A stretch of DNA of 64,000 nucleotides, from contig CAVQUB010000003.1 of the NCBI GenBank assembly GCA_963716725.1, forward strand, positions 64,001 through 128,000, read 5' to 3'. The stretch is from an uncultured delta proteobacterium. Lineage in GTDB: Bacteria > Myxococcota_A > Polyangia > Polyangiales > Polyangiaceae. Numbering within the stretch: position 1 is the first letter of the stretch; every line of letters starts with the position of its first letter. Both the position numbers and the translations under genes were made by a program. Of the stretch, positions 14,908 through 25,097 are shown piece after piece. Under the pieces are notes generated by a model. That model was given only the letters and a program-made list of their open reading frames with translations. It made no database searches and was not told where the DNA came from.

Positions 14908-16152
14908 TCACGGCGCCGAGAACGCCGCGAGCGCGTCGAGAACGCTGCCCATGGCCGCTTTGTCGGTCTCTGCAGGGCCGCGCAAGCCGAGTGAGCAGAA
15001 CGCCGAGATGGCTGCGACGTTCCCGACTGCCCCGACTGCCGCTGCCTCGCTCGCGCACGCTGAAGCGTGCTGATCGTTCAGGCCATTCACGCTGACGAAG
15101 GGAAAGCGCTCGCGGCGTGAGGTGAGGCTCTGGAAGAGCGCCTGGAAGAACGCCTTCTGCTGATCCGGCGAGCTGCCGCTCTCAATCGCGCTGGGATATC
15201 CCACCGCTTGCAGCAAGATCGGACGCGGCACTGCGCCGTCGACCTCGACCGCTGCCAGCAGTCCGGCCAGATCTTGCGCCACCATCGACGGTGCTCGCGC
15301 CGCGAAGCTGGAGTCCAGCGGGTAGTAGGTCGCGATGACGACGTCGGACTTGTCGATGATGTTCTTGATCGAAGCAGAGCTGCCGCTGGTCAGCGCCTCC
15401 GCGCTGAAGGTCGCGCCGACTCGCAGCGACGGCGGCTTGGCCGGATGCTTCTTCAGGTAGAAGATGCCGTGCTCGACGAGGGCAGCCAGCTCCGTCGCGT
15501 TCTTGTTGCTTTGGCTCCCGAAGTAGCGATCGAGCTCGTTGCCGAACGAGATCGCGTACAGCTCGTCACCGAAGGTGGCCAGCACTTTGTCGACCAAGGC
15601 GTCGAGCGCGCCTTGGGTCGCGCTGTCGTTCCAGCTCGCCGCGGAGCCCGTTGGGCGGGCGTCCAAGCTTCGGTCCACCAGCGCGAGACAGACGAGCAAG
15701 CTGCGTCCCGACCCCTGGTAGAGCTGCGACAGACTCTGCAGCCTCGCCCACTCGCTGGCGTCTGGGATCGTCGGGGCCTCGAACAAGCGGTCCCAACGCA
15801 GCACCTCGCTCACCCCGCGGGAACCGAGCGCGATCACGTCGAGCTGTGCCAGCTTCTCGTCCGCGGGGGTGGGCCCGGCGTCCCCAGCGCTGGGCGCAAC
15901 CGGCATGATCCCGAGCCGGATCGGCGACAGCGGAGCGTCGCCCACGTCCGCGTCGATGCCCGCATCATCTGCGCCGTTGCCCCCACTGCCGTCCGGCTTG
16001 CCCCCGTCGCCGGCAGTGCCGCCGGAGCCGCCAGCGTCCGCCTTGTGCTTGGTGATCTCGGGGTTGTCGTCGCCGGAGCACGCGACACCGAGCGCCAGCC
16101 CGATGAGCCCGACGGCCACCGACGCGAGGAGCCTTTCGAAGCGAGCCGACAT
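14908..16152 (-). CDS. Lipoprotein with a clan GH-A-like TIM-barrel domain
   Basis: Lipobox GVAC; LRWDRL, ISFGNELD, ATYYP, PILLQAVGYPS, QQKAFF, SLGLR. Confidence 0.65.
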   Translation of the reverse strand: MSARFERLLASVAVGLIGLALGVACSGDDNPEITKHKADAGGSGGTAGDGGKPDGSGGNGADDAGIDADVGDAPLSPIRLGIMPVAPSAGDAGPTPADEKLAQLDVIALGSRGVSEVLRWDRLFEAPTIPDASEWARLQSLSQLYQGSGRSLLVCLALVDRSLDARPTGSAASWNDSATQGALDALVDKVLATFGDELYAISFGNELDRYFGSQSNKNATELAALVEHGIFYLKKHPAKPPSLRVGATFSAEALTSGSSASIKNIIDKSDVVIATYYPLDSSFAARAPSMVAQDLAGLLAAVEVDGAVPRPILLQAVGYPSAIESGSSPDQQKAFFQALFQSLTSRRERFPFVSVNGLNDQHASACASEAAAVGAVGNVAAISAFCSLGLRGPAETDKAAMGSVLDALAAFSAP

Positions 16153-16227
16153 CGGAGCCGGAGCCTAGCACTTTTGCCTTCACTCGCCCTCGCTGGGGTA
16201 GGATTGCTGCCCCTCGCCGGACCGCAC

Positions 16228-18474
16228 ATGAGCCTCGACCACCCCGCCAATCACCGCCCGCCGCTTTCGCAGCGCGCTCCCCGACCGCTCGACGACGCGA
16301 GCTTGTTCGTCAATCGCGAGCTGTCTTGGCTGGAGTTCAACGCACGCGTGCTCGCGGAAGCCAACGACACGCGCGTCCCGCTCTACGAGCGCGTGAAGTT
16401 CCTCTCGATCTTCGCCAACAACCTCGACGAGTTCTTCATGGTTCGGGTAGCGGGCCTCCAGGCGCAGCTCTCCGGCGAGGTCGACGAGGTGCCCCCCGAC
16501 GGGCTCTCCCCGGTACAGCAGCTCACCGCCATCAGCGTTCGAAGCCACGAACTGGTGGACGAGAGCTATCGAATCTGGACCGACTCGGTGCAGCCGGCCC
16601 TGCGCGACGTTGGGATCGCCCTCATCTCTCCCGAGGAGCTCGCCGCGGAGGATCAAGCGCTGCTCGACGAGCATTTCAGGAAGGACATTTTCCCGGTGCT
16701 CACACCCATCGTGGTGGATCCGGCGCACCCCTTTCCGCACGTGCGCAACAAGAGCATCAACGTCGGTTTCGTCTTCGACAGCCCGGTGCGCGGGAGCGAG
16801 CCGAGCTTCGGCGTGGTGCAGGTTCCGGGTCCCCTTGGTCGGCTGATCCGGGTTCCTCGCCAGGGGCTCCGCCGAGCGTACGTCACCCTCGAAGATCTGA
16901 TCTTGCGCCACAGCGCCATGCTCTTCCCACAGGTGCGCGTCGTCGGGCGCTTTGCCTTCCGGGTGACCCGCAACTTCGACATCGAGTTGGACGAAGACGA
17001 GGCAGAAGACCTGTTGCTCACGCTCCAGGCCGAGCTTCGGCGGCGCGAGCGCGGCCACGCCGTGCGTCTCAGCGTCGCCGGTGACGTGCCGCCGGACTCG
17101 CTCCAGTTCCTCTGCCGCTCCCTCGATCTGGACATCGATCGGGACGTGTTCACGACGCTGGGTCCCCTGTACCTCGCCGACATGATGGAAATGACCAACG
17201 GCGACGAACGGCGCGACCTTCGCGACGAGAGCTTCTCGCCGGTCTACGTGCCCCCGCTCCGGGACAGCGACGACCTCTTCGAGACGATCCGCGAGCGAGA
17301 CATCCTCCTGCACCATCCCTATGAGTCCTTCGAGGCCGTGGTCGACTTCCTGTCACAGGCTGCCGAGGACCCCCACGTGCTCGCCATCAAACAGACGCTC
17401 TACCGCACGGGGGGCGAGTCGCCCATCGTGCGCGCGCTGCAGCGTGCCGCGGAACTGGGCAAGCAGGTCACCGCGGTGGTCGAGCTGAAGGCACGCTTCG
17501 ACGAGGCCAGCAACATGCAGTGGGCGCGGACGCTCGAGCGATCCGGGGTCAACGTGATGTACGGGCTGATGGGCCTGAAGACCCACGCCAAGGTGCTGCT
17601 CGTGGTGCGTCGGGAGCGGACCGGACTTCGGCGCTACTTGCACCTCGCGACCGGAAACTACAACCAGCAGACAGCGCGTCTCTACACGGACCTCTCGCTC
17701 TTCACGGCCAACGAAGAGCTGGGCGAAGACGCGAGCGCGTTCTTCAACCTGCTCACGGGGTACAGCGCGCCGCAGCGCTGGAACCGAATGATCGTCGCGC
17801 CCCTCGGCTTGCACGAGGCCGTGCTCGGGCTCATCTCCCGCGAGACCGAGCACGGCCTGGCCGGCCGCCCCGCGAAGATCACGTGCAAGCTGAACTCCTT
17901 GGTCGACGCCGACGTGATCGCCGCGCTCTACTCGGCGTCTCAGGCGGGCGTGCAGGTCGATCTGCTGGTACGAGGGATCTGCTGCTTGCGACCCGGAGTG
18001 AAGGGCGTAAGCGAGAACATCCGAGTCCACGCCCTGATCGATCGCTACCTCGAGCACTCGCGGGTCATGCACTTTGCCAACGGCGGAAACGACGAGGTGT
18101 ACCTCTCGAGCGCCGACTGGATGCCCAGAAATTTCCGTCGCCGGGTCGAGGTCATGTTTCCGATCTTGGACGAGTCGATCAAGCGGCGGGTGATCGAAGA
18201 GATCTTGGGCACCATGCGATCGGACACCGCCAAGGGTTGGTTGCTGGAAGCCAAGGGGCGCTACGTGCGCGCCGAGCCGGCAAAGGACGAGCAGCCCCTC
18301 AGGAGTCAGCTCCGCTTCATGGAGTTCGCTCGTGAGCGCGCCCGCGACACCGACAAGGGAGTTTCGCGGCAACTCGCGCCGGCACCCATGCCCACTGCCC
18401 AGGCCACGATGGACAAATTGCGCAAACGCGCCGGCAAGAAGCGCCGCAAGGCCAAGCGTCGGCCGGAGGACTAG
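16228..18474 (+). CDS. ppk1: Polyphosphate kinase 1
   Basis: NRELSWLEFNARVL, NLDEFFMVRVAGL, HPFP, LLHHPYESF, KQTLYRT, ELKARFDE, KTHAK, LEHSR, SADWMPRN. Confidence 0.97.
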   Translation: MSLDHPANHRPPLSQRAPRPLDDASLFVNRELSWLEFNARVLAEANDTRVPLYERVKFLSIFANNLDEFFMVRVAGLQAQLSGEVDEVPPDGLSPVQQLTAISVRSHELVDESYRIWTDSVQPALRDVGIALISPEELAAEDQALLDEHFRKDIFPVLTPIVVDPAHPFPHVRNKSINVGFVFDSPVRGSEPSFGVVQVPGPLGRLIRVPRQGLRRAYVTLEDLILRHSAMLFPQVRVVGRFAFRVTRNFDIELDEDEAEDLLLTLQAELRRRERGHAVRLSVAGDVPPDSLQFLCRSLDLDIDRDVFTTLGPLYLADMMEMTNGDERRDLRDESFSPVYVPPLRDSDDLFETIRERDILLHHPYESFEAVVDFLSQAAEDPHVLAIKQTLYRTGGESPIVRALQRAAELGKQVTAVVELKARFDEASNMQWARTLERSGVNVMYGLMGLKTHAKVLLVVRRERTGLRRYLHLATGNYNQQTARLYTDLSLFTANEELGEDASAFFNLLTGYSAPQRWNRMIVAPLGLHEAVLGLISRETEHGLAGRPAKITCKLNSLVDADVIAALYSASQAGVQVDLLVRGICCLRPGVKGVSENIRVHALIDRYLEHSRVMHFANGGNDEVYLSSADWMPRNFRRRVEVMFPILDESIKRRVIEEILGTMRSDTAKGWLLEAKGRYVRAEPAKDEQPLRSQLRFMEFARERARDTDKGVSRQLAPAPMPTAQATMDKLRKRAGKKRRKAKRRPED

Positions 18475-18539
18475 TGCCGCGCGGCAGAAGTTTCGCTGGT
18501 TTCTTTTCCGTGTGCGTGTCGTCGGTGTGGTGGGGTGAC

Positions 18540-19200
18540 ATGATCGACTACAGCGCGTTCGCGGGCCGAGCGCACGGTGGTCGTCCGACGGTTCCGCTCG
18601 CGCTGAGGGCTGAAGAGCGCGCGCGGATCGAGGAGGCGTTGCGACCCGCCAGGGCGGAGCAGCGGCTGGTTCGTCGGGCGCAGGCCGTGTTGATGATGGC
18701 GGACGGAGTGCCTGCGACGGACATCGCCCGGCTCCTCGGGGTGCACGTGCGCACGGTGGACGACTGGCGCAAGCGCTTCGACTGCGCGGCACCTAGCGAG
18801 AGACTGGCGGACGCCCCGCGCTCGGGACGGCCGCCCTCTCTCTCTCGGACACCGTAGCGGCTCGAGTAGAAGCAGAAGCGTGTCGACCGCCGAGCGACGT
18901 CGGCGTGCCCGTCACGCACTGGTCAGCGTCGTTGCTTGGCGTGCACGTTCGCGCGCAAGGAATTCAGATCAGCGACCGGTCGGTGGGCCGCATACTCAAG
19001 GATGCTGACCTGCAACCGCATCGGCAACAAATGTACCTGACTTCGCACGACGACGAGTTCAGGGGGAAGCGCGACGACGTGCTGCGCGTCTACTACGAGA
19101 CGCCAAAGGAGGAGCACATCGTGTGCGTCGACGAGAAGACCGGCATCCAGGCGCTCGAACGCCGCTACGCTGACATTCCGATGGTGGCCGGACAGCAACT
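18540..19200 (+). pseudogene. IS630 transposase, frameshifted at (CT)5 (18836-18846) and truncated after the first catalytic Asp
   Basis: HTH RRAQAVL..ADG..IARLLGV..WRKRF..LADAPRSGRP; second frame THWS..LQPHR..VCVDEKTGIQALER. Confidence 0.85.
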
Positions 19201-19229
19201 GTTTCGGAGTGAGGCCCGACCACACGGGG

Positions 19230-19662
19230 ATGGCACAGGAAGGGCGAAAGCTCGGAAGATTTGGGGATGGGACGGACGAGGTGATCGGTGCGCTGATCGA
19301 GGTGCATCGGCATCTCGGTCCAGGGCTGATGGAATCCGCATATGAGGCCTGTCTATCTGCCGAGCTGTCCGAACGACGGCTCAAGTTCGAGCGGCAGCGA
19401 CCGCTACCAATCCGCTACAAAGGCGTACACCTTGACTGCGCCTATCGCCTCGACCTGGTCGCTTCCAGATCGTATCCTCCTGGAGCTCAAGGCGGTCGAG
19501 CGGCTGCTCCCGATTTACGAAGCGCAGGTCATCACCTATCTGCGCCTTTCGCGGTTGCCCGTCGGCCTGCTCGTCAACTTCAACGTGACCGCGCTCAGAA
19601 ATGGCCTGCGGAGGCTAACGCCTGACCACCCCAAATCCTTCCGCTCTTCCGCCCTTCCTGTG
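19230..19662 (+). pseudogene. GxxExxY (PD-(D/E)xK) protein with one frameshift near 19462
   Basis: VIGALIEVHRHLGPGLMESAYEACL; YRLDLV; LELKAV; AQVITYLRLS..GLLVNF. Confidence 0.9.
19234..19266. repeat. Left arm of a ~33-bp imperfect inverted repeat bounding GxxExxY (partner 19629-19662)
   Basis: CACAGGAAGGGCGAAAGCTCGGAAGATTTGGGG versus right-arm reverse complement CACAGGAAGGGCGGAAGAGCGGAAGGATTTGGGG. Confidence 0.85.
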
Positions 19663-19730
19663 AGAGCCCAAATGAGCGCAGGTCTCAGGGGCGAATCCAC
19701 TCGAACTTCGGCCGCGCGGCACTAGCCCGA

Positions 19731-21671
19731 TCAGCCGGCGTCGGCCGAACCGGCAGCCCGTCCGCCCAGCACCGGGATCAGGCGATGCGCCTCGAGGGTG
19801 CCGGCGCCCTGATCCCGGTTGCAGCTCGGGGTGTAGAGCACGCCCTGGTGGAACAGCGGCTTGGTGAACCGAAAGCCTCGGCCCGACAGCGTCTGGTCGG
19901 TCAAGAGCGCGCCGTCGATGGCGCTCAGGCCGATCAGCCTGCCCGGGATCTGTTCGACCGTCCCCGGCTCCACCAACCAGATCGTGTCTTCGCCCGCGAG
20001 CTCGACCACGCTCGCTCGAGACGGATGCCAGCGAAAGCGCGCGCGCGCGGCGGCCGTGCCGGCGGCGGGGAATACCCAGCGGTTCTCGAGCCGCGGCCCG
20101 TTCGGGCCATCGACGAGCGCCAAAGCGAACACCCCCGACTCGTGGGTCTTGTCGGGCATGAAGGTCGGAACGACGATCAGTGTGGTGTCGCTCGCGCGTG
20201 CAACGGTGGGTTGAGTGACGATCATTCCGGCCCAGTCCGCCTGACAGCCGTCGGACTCCGTACCGCAAACCTCGACCAGCTTCTTCCGCTGATAGAGCGT
20301 GCCAAAGTGAGCCCAATCCACCAGGAAGACGTGTCCTTCCTTGGTCGCGTACGCGACGACTCGCGTTCCCTTGGGAGTCGCGGCCACGACTGGCGTGCTG
20401 CCGCCGATGTAGTCGAGCTTCTCCCAGCACTGGAAGAGCGTGGTTTGGTCGCACACTCCGCTCGCGGGCCGGAGCGGCGGATCGCCCGACGGCACGCGCG
20501 GCACGAACAGGTCCTTGCACGACTCGACGCAGGCCAGCGCCGGCTGATCGGCGTCGAACTTGGCGCAAGCCTCAGGGTCGCAACCGGCGGCGAAGGGGAT
20601 CCCGGGCCTCACCCGAAGCAGCGTGTTCGCGTAGTCACCACGCGAAAGGTCGAGCTTTCCGTTGCCGGGCGAGAGCACCAACTCGGGACCGGTGTCGCCA
20701 TCGACCAAGAGGGGACCCGACGGCGCCCAAAGTCCGGCCCCGCAGGCGCGCGAGCGAGAGCCCGATTCGTCCTCGGGACCGCAATCGTGTTCTGGCGTGA
20801 GCAGCCGAGTCAGGGTGACCGCAGCGCTCGCGCCCGTTGTCTGCCAGGCGTCGAGCGAAAGCTCGAACACCCAGCCGTGCCAAGGTTGGAGATCCCGAGC
20901 GTTGCCGAAGGTGACGACGATCGTGCCAAGCCCCGAGGTGCTCGGCACATGAGCGAGCGCGCCGCGCTGCAGCGCGTGGTCGGGTCGGAAGGGGACGCTC
21001 TTGCCCGAGTCGAAGGCGGGCAACGTCGCACTGAGCGTGACCAGCGGGAAGGTCGGATCGACCGCTCGCGCCTCGAGATCGACGACCGCAACATGTTGGT
21101 GCTTGCGGGAGTCCATCACGTCCCGCCCAGGCTTGTGTGTCTCGTCGGGCATGAGCGTGGTGTGGTAGGCGACCACGAGTCGGTTGCCGACGAGGGCGGG
21201 GGTGCTGACCACGAATGGTCGCTCGGCGCCCGTCGCCGGCAGCTCGATGCGATAGAGCTCAGCTCCGCTGGTGGGGTCGAGGCCGACGACGTGGTCACCG
21301 ACGGCGATGACGATCTCGGACTTTCCAGCGTGCTCGAAGGCGAGAGCAGAGCCGAACAGACAATCTTCGAAGCTGATCGATGGATGGCTCGCGGTCGGGA
21401 ACAGACGCTCTGCTGCGACGGAGTCGATCCGACTCGTGGTGCTACCCCCGGCACCGGCGTCGCCCCCCGCACCGGCTCCGCCGTCGCCCGATCCGCCGGC
21501 GGAGCCCGCGGAGCCCCCGCCGCCCGTCGCGGCCACCAGAGCTTCGTCGTGGCCGCACGCCGCGAGCGCGCCGGCCCCGAACAGAGCGGCAGCGACCAAG
21601 ACCGCCGCTATGCGCACTTGACCGTCCCTGTGGTGACGGTGGGTTGCGCTGATCATGCCCGCACTTTGCAT
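19731..21671 (-). CDS. Lipoprotein with a PQQ-like beta-propeller
   Basis: Lipobox LAAC, Gly linker, VVSTPAL, WHGWVF, GLWAPSGP, GSTP, TKEGHVFLV. Confidence 0.65.
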   Translation of the reverse strand: MQSAGMISATHRHHRDGQVRIAAVLVAAALFGAGALAACGHDEALVAATGGGGSAGSAGGSGDGGAGAGGDAGAGGSTTSRIDSVAAERLFPTASHPSISFEDCLFGSALAFEHAGKSEIVIAVGDHVVGLDPTSGAELYRIELPATGAERPFVVSTPALVGNRLVVAYHTTLMPDETHKPGRDVMDSRKHQHVAVVDLEARAVDPTFPLVTLSATLPAFDSGKSVPFRPDHALQRGALAHVPSTSGLGTIVVTFGNARDLQPWHGWVFELSLDAWQTTGASAAVTLTRLLTPEHDCGPEDESGSRSRACGAGLWAPSGPLLVDGDTGPELVLSPGNGKLDLSRGDYANTLLRVRPGIPFAAGCDPEACAKFDADQPALACVESCKDLFVPRVPSGDPPLRPASGVCDQTTLFQCWEKLDYIGGSTPVVAATPKGTRVVAYATKEGHVFLVDWAHFGTLYQRKKLVEVCGTESDGCQADWAGMIVTQPTVARASDTTLIVVPTFMPDKTHESGVFALALVDGPNGPRLENRWVFPAAGTAAARARFRWHPSRASVVELAGEDTIWLVEPGTVEQIPGRLIGLSAIDGALLTDQTLSGRGFRFTKPLFHQGVLYTPSCNRDQGAGTLEAHRLIPVLGGRAAGSADAG

Positions 21672-22906
21672 CAAAGGCTCATCGGTGTCTTCTGGGCACG
21701 CGGCAGGAACCAGGCAAGCAGCCCAATGGCGGGCAACCAGGCGCAGAGCCGATAGACCGCTTCGATGCCAATCTGATCGGCGAGCTGGCCGAGCACGGCG
21801 GCGCCGATGCCGCCCATGCCGAAGGCAAAGCCGAAGAACAGACCCGAGATCATGCCGGTGCGGCCCGGAACGAGCTCCTGAGCAAACACCAGGATCGCCG
21901 CAAACGCTGACGCCAGGACCAGGCCGATGACGATGGTCAGCACGGTCGTCCACAGCAGATCGGCATGAGGGAGCAGCAGGGTGAATGGCAGCACGCCGAG
22001 GATCGACGCCCAGATCACGTAACGCCGACCGATCCGGTCGCCGACCGGGCCACCGATGACCGTGCCGACGGCAACGCCGGCAAGAAATATGAACAGATGG
22101 ACTTGTGCGGACTGCACGCTGATGCCGAATTTATGCATCAGGTAGAACGTGTAGTAGCTCGAAAGGCTGGCAAGATAGAAGTACTTGGAGAAGATCAGCA
22201 GGCCGAGCACGACGAGCGCAGCGACCACCTGGCGTCGCGTGTAGCCCACTTCGCCCGACGCCCGCGTTGCTGGACGGCGCAGGCTCGGGATGCGCAGGCG
22301 GTACCAGCGACCGATCCGGCCAAGCAGGATGATTGCGACCATGGCCGCCAGCGCAAACCAGGCGATGCTGGTCTGGCCGCGCGGCATGATGATGAAGGCG
22401 GCGAGCAGCGGGCCGGTTGCCGAGCCCACATTGCCGCCAACCTGGAACAGGGACTGCGCCAGACCGTGTCGCCCGCCCGAGGCCAGGCGCGCAATACGTG
22501 AGGATTCGGGATGAAACACGGCTGAGCCGGTTCCGATCATGGCCGCAGCAACGAGCAGGATCGGGAAACTCGGAGCTCGCGACAATAGGAGCAGACCAGC
22601 CAGCGTCGAGGCCATGCCGATCGCCAGCGACCAGGGCTTTGGATGGCGATCGGTCAATGCTCCGACCATCGGCTGCAGTAGCGAGGCGGTGATCTGGAAG
22701 GTCAACGTGATCAGCCCGATCTGGCCGAAATCGAGGGTGAACGAAGATTTCAGCAGCGGATAGATCGCCGGCAGCAGCGACTGGATCATGTCGTTGAGCA
22801 GATGGCAGAAGCTCAACATGGCGAGAATCGGAAACGCCGTGGCGACGCTCGCCTTCGTGGCGGGTCCATCCCGTGAATCGGCGATCACTTCAGCGGGTAT
22901 CGACAT
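21671..22906 (-). CDS. fsr: MFS transporter, fosmidomycin-resistance (Fsr) family
   Basis: HLLNDMIQSLLPAIYP, SLLQP, GSAVFHPESSRIARLASGGRHGLAQSLFQVGGN, FSKYFY, SGLFFGFAFGMGG. Confidence 0.9.
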   Translation of the reverse strand: MSIPAEVIADSRDGPATKASVATAFPILAMLSFCHLLNDMIQSLLPAIYPLLKSSFTLDFGQIGLITLTFQITASLLQPMVGALTDRHPKPWSLAIGMASTLAGLLLLSRAPSFPILLVAAAMIGTGSAVFHPESSRIARLASGGRHGLAQSLFQVGGNVGSATGPLLAAFIIMPRGQTSIAWFALAAMVAIILLGRIGRWYRLRIPSLRRPATRASGEVGYTRRQVVAALVVLGLLIFSKYFYLASLSSYYTFYLMHKFGISVQSAQVHLFIFLAGVAVGTVIGGPVGDRIGRRYVIWASILGVLPFTLLLPHADLLWTTVLTIVIGLVLASAFAAILVFAQELVPGRTGMISGLFFGFAFGMGGIGAAVLGQLADQIGIEAVYRLCAWLPAIGLLAWFLPRAQKTPMSL

Positions 22907-23054
22907 GATTGCGCGTGAACTCCACGGGTTATCTTCACGACATACGGAGCATGCGCCACTCGAGATCTGACGAGTCACCGTCCGCAACGCGCGCCTTCAA
23001 GGCGTTCTTTGCCTTGGTCGTCCTCGCCCGGTCTCGCAAGGTCGCCGCGCCTCG

Positions 23055-23624
23055 CTACGGCTCCGTCGGGATCAAGTCGATGGGGTTCGACGGCGCCCCT
23101 TGGTGCAGCCCGCCGTCGCCGACCCAGTAGATGTACGCGGGCGCCGGTGCGTCGTCGAGGTACACGTCCACGCGCACCGTTGCGCCAGGATTGGTCTCGA
23201 ATGACACGCCGTCGAAGTCGAGGGTGTTGGTCGCGACCATGCGCACGCCGCGGGCCGTACGCCAGTCGATGTAGTCGGTGGTCTCCAGTTCTTCGGGATC
23301 GAACTTCACGATCTGGTCCTTGCTGCCCACCGAGACAATGATGTCCCAGGGGCAGTCGTAGCCGGTGATCGCCGTGTCGCAGGCCGTGTACACGCGCCAC
23401 TTGCCCCCGGCCTGATACTCGACAAAGGCGCCGGCGCCCTGCCCAGGCTCGATCTCCGAGAGGGCGGCGCCGGTGTCGATGTTGCTCTCGGCGATGTCAC
23501 CGGGTGGCACGTAGGAATCGCAGGTGGGTCCCACGCAGTCCGCGTTCCCAGCGCGGTCGGTCATGCAGCCGACGACGGAGAGCGACATCAACGACGAGAA
23601 CGCAAGGAGGGATCGAATGCTCAT
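23055..23624 (-). CDS. Lipoprotein of unknown function
   Basis: Lipobox VVGC; GAGAFVEY..GGKWRV..ACDT. Confidence 0.7.
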   Translation of the reverse strand: MSIRSLLAFSSLMSLSVVGCMTDRAGNADCVGPTCDSYVPPGDIAESNIDTGAALSEIEPGQGAGAFVEYQAGGKWRVYTACDTAITGYDCPWDIIVSVGSKDQIVKFDPEELETTDYIDWRTARGVRMVATNTLDFDGVSFETNPGATVRVDVYLDDAPAPAYIYWVGDGGLHQGAPSNPIDLIPTEP

Positions 23625-23631
23625 GGTGACC

Positions 23632-24888
23632 TCAGCGACGGCGGCCGGGGCGACCCCGGGACGGGGCCGCTGGCTGCTGCGAGGGAGCCGGGGCGGGGGC
23701 CGGCGCAGCTCGCGGCGGCGGCGCACGATACACCGGCGGGGACGGGCGCGACGGCGGCGCGGCGCGGGACGGCTGAGAGCCCCGGGAGGGCGGCGGCGAA
23801 CGATATTCCGGAGGCGAAGTGCGGGAGGGCGGCGCGCTGCGCGCCGGCGGTGAGGGCTGCGACGGCGACCAGGCGTGCGATGGAGCGCGCGGCGCAGGGC
23901 GCTGCGATCCGGACCAGGACTCGCCCGGTCCGCTCGGGCCTCGTTGCGGCGCCGCGCTCGGCGCGCGCTGCGATCGGAACGGCTGGCTGCTGCCCCCGGG
24001 CAGCGTGCGCGATCCGGCGCGACCCGGCGGCATCCGGCGGACGCCGTCGTTCCAACCTGGCGACACGATCTTCGCGTTGCGATCGCTGGCCTTCTGCCGT
24101 GAGGCCGCGATGGCCTTGGGGTTTGCCGGCACGTGCTGCTTGGGCACGGCCTTGGCGGGGATGCGCGCTCGAGCCGGCGAGGGCCCCGCCCATCCCGGCG
24201 ACCCGCTCGGCGGGAGGTACCGATGCGAGTGCGCGCCAATGCGGTGCGCGTGGTGGTGATCGTGCACCACGTAGCTGTGCATGTGCGCGTGGTAGACGTA
24301 AGCGCTCGGGCAGAACACCCACGGCGTGTAGAGGCCGAACCATACGCCCACCGCGACGCCGTCGTGCCAGACGTAGTCCGGGGGCATGGGCGCCCAGCCC
24401 ACGTAGGCCCAACCCGGTTCGGCGACGCGCCAAGTGACCCAGGCGTGGGCGTAGCGACGCCCCGGGATCCAGGCCCAGCCGACGCCGCCGACCCACACCC
24501 AGCGGCCGTAGTGGAACACCACCCAACCGAAGGAGTAGTCGCTCACCCACAGCCAGCCGCCGTCGTCGGCGACGGCCCAATGACCGGAGGTGACGTAGGG
24601 CGCAAAGTCTGGGCCCACCACGCTGCGGTGCGGGATCCAGACGCGGCCGTAGGTGGCATCGTCGCGCCAGGTTCCGTTCGGTGCGAGCTCCGCATTGAAG
24701 TCAGTGAGCGCGGCGGGATCCGTGTCGTCGTAACCGACCAGCTCATTTCCCACGGGCGGCGAGCCATCGGCGGGCGCGTCGTCCCACTGGGCTCCCTGGG
24801 CGCTGGCGACTCCGGGCATCACGACCGCCAGGGCGATGGAGGCGAGGCCCAGGTTGAACAACCTTCGGCTTTGCATTGGGTCAATCAT
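23632..24888 (-). CDS. DUF6600-like secreted Trp/Pro-rich protein
   Basis: LAPNGTW..YGRVW.P, PY..GHW, W.WVSDYSFGW..FHYGRW, AWVTWR, VGWAPMPP; Pro-rich tail. Confidence 0.75.
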   Translation of the reverse strand: MIDPMQSRRLFNLGLASIALAVVMPGVASAQGAQWDDAPADGSPPVGNELVGYDDTDPAALTDFNAELAPNGTWRDDATYGRVWIPHRSVVGPDFAPYVTSGHWAVADDGGWLWVSDYSFGWVVFHYGRWVWVGGVGWAWIPGRRYAHAWVTWRVAEPGWAYVGWAPMPPDYVWHDGVAVGVWFGLYTPWVFCPSAYVYHAHMHSYVVHDHHHAHRIGAHSHRYLPPSGSPGWAGPSPARARIPAKAVPKQHVPANPKAIAASRQKASDRNAKIVSPGWNDGVRRMPPGRAGSRTLPGGSSQPFRSQRAPSAAPQRGPSGPGESWSGSQRPAPRAPSHAWSPSQPSPPARSAPPSRTSPPEYRSPPPSRGSQPSRAAPPSRPSPPVYRAPPPRAAPAPAPAPSQQPAAPSRGRPGRRR

Positions 24889-25097
24889 GCGCTTGGCTTC
24901 GGGGTCTAGCAACCAACGTACCCAGGTTGGACGCCGCCGAGGCCGCCCGCATTCTTCGAGCCGATCCGAGCCGCAGCTGAGCGCATTCTTCTGAATTTCC
25001 AGGGACTCGGCGGGCGTCGACCGAGAACTTTCGGACGTGGTGCAAGCGCCACACCTCTCTCCGGACCGCGATGATTTTGCGCTAGAGTCCGCCCCCC

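Larger units (their letters stand above)
18474..19722 (+). mobile_element. IS630-family element, internally rearranged, flanked by TA duplications
   Basis: TIRs GTGCCGCGCGGC(A/C)GAAGTT at 18474 and ending at 19722; TA at 18472-73 and 19723-24. Confidence 0.9.

Noticed and set aside
15208..16227. 340-aa N-terminal extension of Ppk1 in the ORF track
   Set aside because: It is the antisense shadow of the 14908-16152 gene. Ppk1 homology begins after ATG 16228.
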